Shown here piece by piece: positions 49,902-59,300 of a stretch of 64,000 nucleotides of DNA; positions within the stretch are counted from its first letter, which is position 1, and every line of letters starts with the position of its first letter. The notes beneath the pieces are model-generated. The model ran no database searches and was not told the origin of the DNA. It saw only the letters and a list, made by a program, of their open reading frames with translations. The position numbers and the translations under genes were made by a program. This stretch comes from Rhizaria sp. SCN 62-66 (lineage: Eukaryota): positions 1 through 64,000 of the forward strand of contig MEDY01000120.1 in assembly GCA_001724265.1 (NCBI GenBank). The letters are read 5' to 3'.

Positions 49902-50700
49902 CTTTTAATCAAACAACCAAAGCAAAAAAACAAAAAACAAAGATTCTCCGTTGTACGGGAAAGTCTTTGTTTTACACCCTCAGTCGCACATAGTTGCCTC
50001 TGTCACATTACAAACTCTATTGGTTTATTTCTATGCGTCCCTCGCAAAGTGAATAAAGCTGGATGGATGTAATATATGTATCCTTGGTTCATCCGTCTCT
50101 GCTCTGCCTTAATGCTGCGTGACGTGACGCGCTCTCTCAAGTATCACGGGATTGAGTCTAGACAAGCATGTGTGTTGTCGTGCAGAGTGCCTATTATGCT
50201 ATGGATGATGTACTGTGTATTCAATACTGCCACAGACTGACTGTGAATGTTTCCGCGGTTGCAACTCAGTAGCAACAGTGACAACGAGTGACTGATTTAG
50301 ACTGAAATGCCGTCATAATGCGACTTAATAGAGGGTACTGTACTAGAGAAGGATCTTGGTAGGAATGTTATTGCTTTAATATTAACAAACAGAACACTGA
50401 AACAAAGGTAATAAACACGAAGTGCAGCACGGGACAAGGCATCAGACAGCGCAGTTTGATCAGCTCAACAGCAACTAAAATGATGCGAACACATACGGAA
50501 ATGACGAGGCACCTTAAGCTAACGATCAAACGATAGCAAACAAATAGACAAAAACAGCAAAACAGCAAGCAACAACATTGGCAATGCTGCTCTGCGACAA
50601 AGATAAGCTTACGACATTGACAACAACACACGGAAAAGTGCATGAGCAAACTTCACACTCGCTCCTCAACGTGCGGCTGAGTCACGTGCGGCTCAACTTG

Positions 50701-52817
50701 TCAGTACACGGTGTCAGGCATGTCCATGTACTCGTAGCCGGCCCCGTAGCCCGTCACATTGCTCAGTGCGCTCGAACTCGCACTCGCAGCGTTCACGTCG
50801 CTGTTGGAGTTGTTCGCATGCGTGCTGCTGTTGCTGCCGTTGCTTGGCTGGATGTAGGTGGTGCCCGTGGCGGCCCTGACGCCCCCGCGCGCGCGGTTCC
50901 GCCACAGCACGTCCACGCCCACGGTCGGGTTCGCGGCGCTCGCGACTGCGCCGCTCCCAGTCACCATGGCACCAGCGCCAGCGCCAGCGCCAGCGCCACT
51001 GCTGACGCTGCCGCTGCTGCCATGGCTGCCGCTGACGTGACTAATACCGCTGGCGAAGCTGGTGTTGTCATTGTTGTTGTTGTTGTTGCTGCTGTTGGCA
51101 TAGTCGCCGTCGTCGTAGTCGTAGTTGTCCTTGCCGCGCCTGCCTCCCGCCCTGTTACTCTGGACAGCGCCCGCGCTGGTGGCGACGGTGGCGGTCATCG
51201 TCGCAGCCGTGGCCGCCGCCGCCGCCTCCGCAGCCTCGGCCTCAGCAACCTCGCGCGCGCGCGCTCGGTGCCGCGCCGCGCGGGCGTCGTCCGCGGCCGC
51301 GCGCCGCGCATTGGCACGCTGCTGTCGCTCGCGAGCCCTGCGTGAAAACAGCGAAAGGGGGGATATAGATGCGATAATGTTAGAACTTACGAATAAAAAT
51401 GATGTCAGAGCTCAATTACTCGATAGTACATAGTAATGCTGAACTGGATCTCAATATATCCTTATCTTAGATCTGTTCTGTGTCAACATAAGCACTTACC
51501 TTGCGTCGGCCTCCGCCAGTGCGACCCGTGCCGAGGCTAGCCGGGACTGCAGCCGCTCCCACTCGATCTGCGACCGCGGTGGCGCCCCTGCCGCCGCAGT
51601 GTTGGATGTGGCTGAGGCGGAGGGCAGCGGGGCCAAGAGAGGGCCGTTAGAGCCAGAGCAAGAGCCAGAGCCAGAGAGGGTGGAGCTTCCTGCGGTAGAG
51701 AGCAGTGATGCCGGGTGCTGGAGGGTGTAAAACAACAAAGATGAACACAAAACAAAACTGCAGTAAGACAAACAATACACTTTTACTTAATTTAATAATA
51801 ATAATTCACATGAATCCTATTTGACAACATATCCCAATATATAAACCAAACATAAGGAACACGAACACGAACCTTGCCTTGACTCCTGCCATGACCGTGC
51901 CCGTGACCGTGCCCCCTCGCACTCTGCGTCCCATGCGCTGCAGAGTGACCGTGATCAGTCGCCACACCGGCGCCCGCGCGAGTTTTGGCCTCCCTCTGCT
52001 CGAGCTGCTGAATGCGGGCCGCGACCTTGGCCTCCTCGGTCCTGACGGCGGCGACGGCGCCGCGCTGGCGCCTCTCGTCGAGCCGCAGGTACTGCGTGTG
52101 GCGCCACTGCTGCATGCGCGCAAAGCGGGCCTCGTAATCGGCGTCCGCGGCCGCCACGCCCCGCGCCAGCGACTGCAGGGCGGCGGCGCTGGCGGCCGCA
52201 TTGTTGGTAGCGCTATTAAGGGCGTTGTTCGCATTGTTGGCGGTATTAGCGTTGCTAAAAGCGCTGCTCGTGGGCGAGTTGTGGCTGTGGCTGTATGAGT
52301 GGCTGCCGTGACTGAGCGGGGGTGGCGGGGCGGGGAATGGCAGAGGCAGCGGCAGCGGCAGTGGCAGCGGGGAGGCGGGGGCGCTGGTCATGTGTGTGCT
52401 GCTGTTGTAGCTATTGTGGGAGGAAGGAAACGGCAGAGGCAGCGGCAGCGTGGAGTGCCCGCGGTAGGCAGCGCTGCCGCCGCCACTCCCACCCGCACTC
52501 GCACCAGCACTCGCATTGAACTGCTGTTGCTGCTGCTTCTGTTGCTGTTTGTTCTTAGGAGCCGGAGTGCGCGCCGGAGACACAGCAACCGCGGTATTGT
52601 TGTTCGCGCCACTGCCGTTGCTGCTGCCATTGGCGCTGCTGCTGCTGCTGCTGCTGCTGTTCGCGCTGTTGTTGCTGTTGCTGTGCGCGTGCTTGTTGGA
52701 GCCGTTGTTGAGCAGGATGCTGTTGCGGGCGACCGCGCGGGGCGTGGCTGGCAGCGCGGGGTACCGGTCCAGCCCGGCCTGCCACCCGCCGGAGGCGCGA
52801 GTCGGCGACAGGGACAT
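50701..52817 (-). CDS. Hypothetical low-complexity coiled-coil protein, 599 aa; exons 52817-51873, 51717-51500, 51337-50701
   Basis: Three GC-rich exons join in phase. It has coiled-coil stretches (DYEARFARMQQWRHTQYLRLDERR; QIEWERLQSRLASARVALAEADARARERQQR) and ends in TGA. Confidence 0.7.
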
Positions 52818-53399
52818 GCCGCGAAGCGAGGGCGCGGGTGCGGGGGCTCTCGGGAGCTGCGTCAGCGAGTGCGAAGGCGAATTGAAAAGGCGAAGAAACG
52901 GGCGGGAGAAAGAAGAAACTACTTCGCGCCGCAGAGGTATAATATTGAAAGCTGTAAGAGTGTTATTTGAAACATAAATCTGTTACATATGCTCAATCCT
53001 AGATAATCTTGTCGCAGAACGAAATTACGTGTCTTTATGTGAGAAATCGATGTGGAATTATTGTCCCGGTCTGATCGTTGTCGGCCGGCTTGGGGCACAG
53101 CGACGAGAGGTGACGCGAGCTCGGAGATTCCAAGTTGTGACGCTCGCCGAATCAACCGCCTGTGAAGATATCGTCCTAGTATATATTGTATTTAGTTACT
53201 TTAACTCATTTCCCCTTTTTATACATCTTGTGGTCTTGATATCCCTCGTCCTAGCCCGCGCCAAGCACATCGCTCTATCTCACAGCGGCAGCACTCTTTC
53301 GCGATCGAACGTTGCCGCTGCCGCCCGCAGTCACCCAGTTCAGCCTCTCCGCGCCCTTTTTGCGCCAACAGGCCCTTTGCGATCTGCAGTTGCGAGCGC

Positions 53400-56300
53400 A
53401 TGTCCCGCCCCGAGCACGCGCAGCGCGAGCTCGACCTGGACCTGGACGCGCTCGACGGCCTCAGCAGCAGCCTTGGCCGCAGCCTTGGCACCGCTAGCGC
53501 CAGCGCTAGTGGGAGTGCGAGCGCGAGCGCGAGCATCAACAGCAACGCGCGTCTCCGCAACGACTACGATGATGATGATGATAGTGACAGCAGCAGCAAC
53601 AGCGCCACGTCGGTGGTCCGCCCCTCCTCCCACGGCCACGCCCACGGCCACAGCCAAGCCCGCCGCCAGGCGCACTCGCACGCGCACTCCCAGTCCCACA
53701 GCATGTCGCCCCAGGCGCACCTGACGCAGCTCGCGCACAGCGGCGCGCTGTCGCACGAGTCGATCCCCGCGCGCGGACTGCTGATGGCGATGCTGCCGTG
53801 CTGCCCACGCGCGCCGCCCGCGTCGGCCGCCCGCGCGCGCGCCATCGCGGTCGCGCTGGCCGCGACGGTCACCATCGCGCTCGTGGGGCTCTACCTCTAC
53901 GCCGCCGCGCTCACGAACGCCGCCAACGCGGCGGCCGCGGCGGCGGGGCAGGGGGATAGCGGCGGGGGCGGTGCGTTGTCGGCGTCGCCGTCGTCGTGGG
54001 TTGAGACGCAAGGGCAGGCGCAGTCGCTGCCGCCAACGAGGGCGCACATGCTGCTTCATTTGGACGACTCACAGCAAAAGCAACAGCAAACTAGTAGTCG
54101 GCAGCAGCCGCTTTTTGCGCTGGCCTCGGCGCCCCCCGCGTTCCTGTACCGCGCTGGCGGTGGCGTCTCGCGTCTCACCGCCACTGCCACGGCCTCCGCC
54201 TCAGGCTCCGGCTCCGGCTCTTCTGATTCGAGCTCTGCCAGCGTTGCGGTCGACATGGCGCGCGCGCGGGCCCGCGTCTCGAGCGCCCGCCTCACTCTCG
54301 GCATGGGCGCGGTCACGCACAACCTAGGCATGCACAACGCAGTCACACACAACGTCGACAACGCGGGCGGGCTCGCACAGGGACGGCTTGATTTCGGATC
54401 CGAGGCCGACGCGTTGCTGGCCGAGCTCGTGCTGGGCCTCGAGCCCGGGCTAACGCGCCCCGGTGTAAGCGCCCCCTTAGACGGTCTAGGCGCCCCCTTA
54501 GCGGGCGTGAGCGAGGGCGCACTGGACGCGCTGCTGTACGGGACCTCGCTGCTCACGGTCACGCCCGTGGGGCTGCCGCAAGGAGTGAGCGTGAGCACCG
54601 CCCCCGCAATCGCGGTCGCCCCCGCAGGCGCAGGCTCTGCGGGGCACTTAGACGGAGCTAAGGGCGGCGCCACTGCTCCTGCTCCTGCTGCTGCGGCCGT
54701 GTTCTCCCCCTTACACCAGGCGGGGTCGCCGTTTGCACTCAGCTCGGCCAGCGCTGTCGTAAGCAGCAACAGCAACAGCAACAGCAACGATAAGGACACT
54801 GTGATCACGCTCAACGCGGACTACAGCTACAGCTACAGCAACAGCGACGGTGCCAGTGTTAGCGCGAGCGCGAGTGTGAAGGCGTGGGTGGCTGGCGTCG
54901 TAAGTCAGGCCGCGTCGACTCAAAGGCAAGCCGCCTTCTCTGCCCTCCACCGCTACGGCTGCCTTAACATGAATGCCACTGACTCTGGCGCTGGCGCCGG
55001 CTCGGTGCGCTCGCTGCTGTGCGCCGCCGCGGCCGCCGCCCAGCCCGCGGCGCTCTCGGGCCTCGCCGCCGCAGCCGCAAAGGCAGCGGACACGCGCGGT
55101 CGCGGCTCTGCGGCGGATCTAAGTGCCTCAGCGACGGATCTAAGTGCCTGGCCCGGCTGGCTGGCCGCGCAGGCCGCCCCCACCCTTACGCTGGCGCCGC
55201 TGGGCCTGGCCTCTCCGCCAGCGCCCCGCGCCCCAGTGCCAGTGCAGTCAGTCTCTGGCTCTCGCCCGAGCTCTAACAGTCGGAGCCAGAGCCAGAGTCA
55301 GAGTGTGAGTCACGGCTTCCGGTGGCCGGTGGTGGCGGCGCCCGCGTTGAGCGCGCCTGCTGCCGCCGCCGCCACGGCCTGGCCCTTTGCGCTGCCCACT
55401 TACACCGATGTGAATGCCGGCTCTGGTGTAAGTGGCGGTTTAAGCACCTCGGCGGTGACGATGGTGGCGATGGCACAGTTCATGCCTGCACAGACCACCC
55501 TTACACTCGCACCAGAGCCCGAGCCCGAGCCCCTTACATCGAATCTAAGTGGCAGTGTGCGTGGTGTCAATGCAGCGATGCAACTGCTCTCATCATTCCT
55601 CGCTCCAAACAACACATCTAGTGCCGACTCCAACGTCGATGCTAACGCCAAGGCGAACTATGATGTGACTGCCAAGGCTAATAGCGCTGTATGCGAGCGT
55701 TTCGAGCGCACTAACCCCGCCTGCGACCCGTTCAACTCGCACATCTACGCCCTCCTCGCACTGCAACTGCAGCAACAGCAACAACAGCCACTCTCTGTTC
55801 CGGCCGGCGACGGTGGCGGTGACAATGATAGCGATGGCGCAATCGCGCGGCTGCAGTTGTTGCACCGGCTGTGGCGCGCCGCCGCCGCCGCCGCGACCGC
55901 GCACGAGGCCAACGCCTACGCGGGGCACTTTTTCGGTCCTGCGCTGGCGAGCCCGGTGGTCACGCCGGGGGGCTCGCTGCTGGACGACGACGAGTACTTC
56001 GCGCTCGTCAACCGCGGCCTGAGCAACCTGGGCGACGACGACAGCCAAGGTAACTTCCACGACGACGAATCGGATGTCGACATCGTCGGGAATGACGAAG
56101 AGTACGGTAAGAACGCACAGAACGCACTCAGCGGGGGTGTTGCGCGGGCTCTCTCTCGGTTCGAGGTCGTGAACGCCGTTAACCACGCGGCCGACGCCGT
56201 GCAACGCGTCAACGACAGCTCGAGCGCTGCTGCCAAGAACTCGCGGGCCAGCTCTAGCGCGGCATCACTTTCACGCCCGTCTCTGTTGCGGTCGCGCCGC

Positions 56301-59300
56301 CCGCCGCCGCGCCAGCGCCGCTTCCGCTCCCCCGGCGCGGACGCGCTGGCCCGGGCGCTGTCCGCGCGCGCGGGCGACGCTGTGCTGGGCTGGGTGGCGG
56401 CGCAGGCGCTGCCCTCGACGCTCGACTCGACGGTGGAGCTGCGCGAAGAGGGCTGGGGCGCGACGGGCGCCGCGGCCAGCCGCGCGCTAGCCAACGCCGT
56501 CGCCGCGGCGCAGAGCCGCGCGGAGCGCGCGCGCGGCAGGGCGCTGCGGCGGCTGCGCGACAAAAGCAAGAGTAAGAGCAAGAGTAAGAATGAGGGCGTG
56601 GGCGCGGGCGCGGGCGTGGGCAAAGCGAGGACGTTGAGTGAGCTCTTTAACGAGCTTCGCAGTCAGAACGACGGCAAGCGCGATACCGACCCCGCGAATG
56701 CTGATGCTACTTACAACAACAACAACGACGACGACGACGACGACGCTGAGGAGGATGATGCCGACGAGGAGCAGAGCTCGAGCTTCGTGCTAAGCGCAGC
56801 CAGCCGCCTCCTCAATCTCCTGTCGCAGGCGGCCTCCGCCGCCAACACGCACACTCGCACCAACAATGCCAATGCCAATGCGAATACTATCTCCGTTTCG
56901 GCTGCGGTGAGCGAGATGCAAGCTGCGGTCACCGCTGCCCCCGCTGCCGCACGCGCGTTGGCGACAGCCGCGCTAGTCGAGGCCCTTCTGCACAGTGGCG
57001 GCCTAACTTCTCCCGCGCATGGCGGCTTAACTTCGCGACAAAGCGACGCGCCGGTGGAGGTGACGGAGCACAACGTCGAGGCGCTGATCAAGGCCGCCGC
57101 CGAGGCCGAGGCCGCCGCCGCCGCCGCCACGGCCGCCGCCGCCGCGCTGCCGCCGCTACCCGCGCTGGCCGCAGCGGCCGCAGCCGCCGCCAACACATTG
57201 GCCGCCGTTGCCAACGCCAACGCCGAGATCAGCAGCAAGGCCAAGAACAACAACGTGATCACCGCGAATTCCGACATCGACACCAACCTCGACTCTGAGA
57301 CTCATGACAGCGAGCGCACGGGTCCGTGGCACCTGCTGACCGCGGGCGGCCCCGTCGGCGCAGCGGCGGCGGGCTCGGCGCTGGCATCTTGGGTGCGCGA
57401 CGGCCTCGGAGGCATGCCCAGCTTCTTCCCCAACCCCCTCTTGGAGCACGCCGCGGTCCGCTTCGCGCACAGCTCGGTCGCTTTGCGCCAGCTGCGCAAG
57501 GCGCAGGAGGCGCGGAAGTTGCAGAAGCAGCAGCAGCAGCAGCAGGGCCAGAGTCAGATTCAGAGTCAGAGTGGAGGCGGCTTGACTTTCCTCTCGTCGT
57601 TTGCTGCGGAGGTGGAAACTGCTAACGACATGCCTTCGCTGCACCGGCGCAAGCTCAATCGAAGCAGCAACAACAACAACAACAACAATAGCAAGTTACA
57701 GTCAAAGCTGCAGTCTAAGTCCCAGTCCCAGTCCAAGTCTAGGTCGCAGTCGTCGTTTTCCTCACAGTCGCATCAGCAGCAGCTGTGCCGCGCCGCCGCC
57801 CGCGCGCGCGCGCTGCCTCTTGCCGCGGGCGCAGCGGGCCGCTACTGGGCTGAGCAGCGCGGTGGCAGCCACGGCGCGGGCGGCTCTATCTGCCTCGGCC
57901 TGCCCAGCGCTGCCGCCGCCGCCGCGAAGAGAGGAGGCCGTGGGGACGACTGGTGGCGGACGCGCAAAGAGGCGGAGAGTCTGCGGATGGACGACGGCTA
58001 CGACGACGAGGAGGAGGCCGAGGATGGTGACGAAGAGGACGAGGATATCAATTACAGCATCGATGCCAATGGCGGCAACGGCGACGACGACGACAGGGGT
58101 CCGGGCAGCGAGGAGCTGCGGCTCTGGCCCGGGCTCGCGGGCCCCCCGTACTTAGCACTTAGCGACCTCGTTGCGCACCAGACGAACAACAATCTAACTG
58201 CCTCCAGTGTCAGCAGCTCCCCGAGTCTAAGTACCCTCGACGGTCGGCTGCTCGCCGCTGTGCCCGACCTCGCCCCCCTTACACAGCCGTCTAAGTACCC
58301 CACCGCCGAGTTCAAAATCAAGCCGTACCGCCGCAGCTTCGAGACCGCCGCCGCCGCCGACGCCGCCGCCACCGCTCTGTCCGCCCTCACCACCAGCGCT
58401 GCCTCTGCTGCAGAGGCTAGCGCTGTCAATGCAGAGACTGTTGATGCGGCAGCTGTGCGGGCCGAGAGCGCGGGCGCGCGCGTGCCCCGCGCCCGCGCCG
58501 CCGTCGCGCAGTCGCTGCGCACACTCTACGGGCTGCCGGCGTTCGACCACAGCGCCGCGGGCACGAGCGCTCAGAACGCTCGCAGCGAAGGCAGCACTGC
58601 CAGCACTGGCAACACGGCGAGTGCGACTGCGAGCGCTGTGAGCGGCGTCATCGCGGTCTGGGCAGCCGGGCACCGCGGCGGCTACGCTGCGCAAAGTCAA
58701 GCCGCCGCGGTGCTCCGGGCTGTGCTCCTCGACCTCCTCCCCGCGCGGCCTAACTTCGACCACGACCACTCAGCGAGCGCGAGCCCCAGTGAGAGCGCGA
58801 TTGCGAGCTCGGATGCGGCGCCCGAGCCCGGCGCGCTGCTGCCGCTGGCGCTGCTGCCGCTTTACCCTTACCTCGTGTCGTCGCTCCCGCTGCCGCCGCC
58901 GCCCGGGGTCTTCGTGCGCTCCCCGCCGGCCTCCGCCTCGCTCCCTAGTCAGAGCGCCGCCTCTGCGGGCGGCGTGGGCGCCGAGGCGGCGGCGGCGGCG
59001 GGCGCGGCGGCCAAGCTTTCTGCGCAGGCCAGCCTCGACCACGCCGCGGGCAAACTCGACTCCACCGCCAGCAACGCTGACAGTGACGCCAACAGCGATG
59101 CTAACAGTGGCAAGGAGAGTATCGTGGAGCCCGCTGCGAACGCGAGCGATGACGGCGACGACGCCCACGTCGACACGCGCCCCACCGGCGCGCCCAGCAG
59201 CAGCAGCAGCGACAGCGACGCCGCCGCTGCCGATGGCACTGGCACCGGGCGCCTGGGAGATCGGCCCGTGGACGTGCGGTCCGTGCCGCTGCCGACGTTC

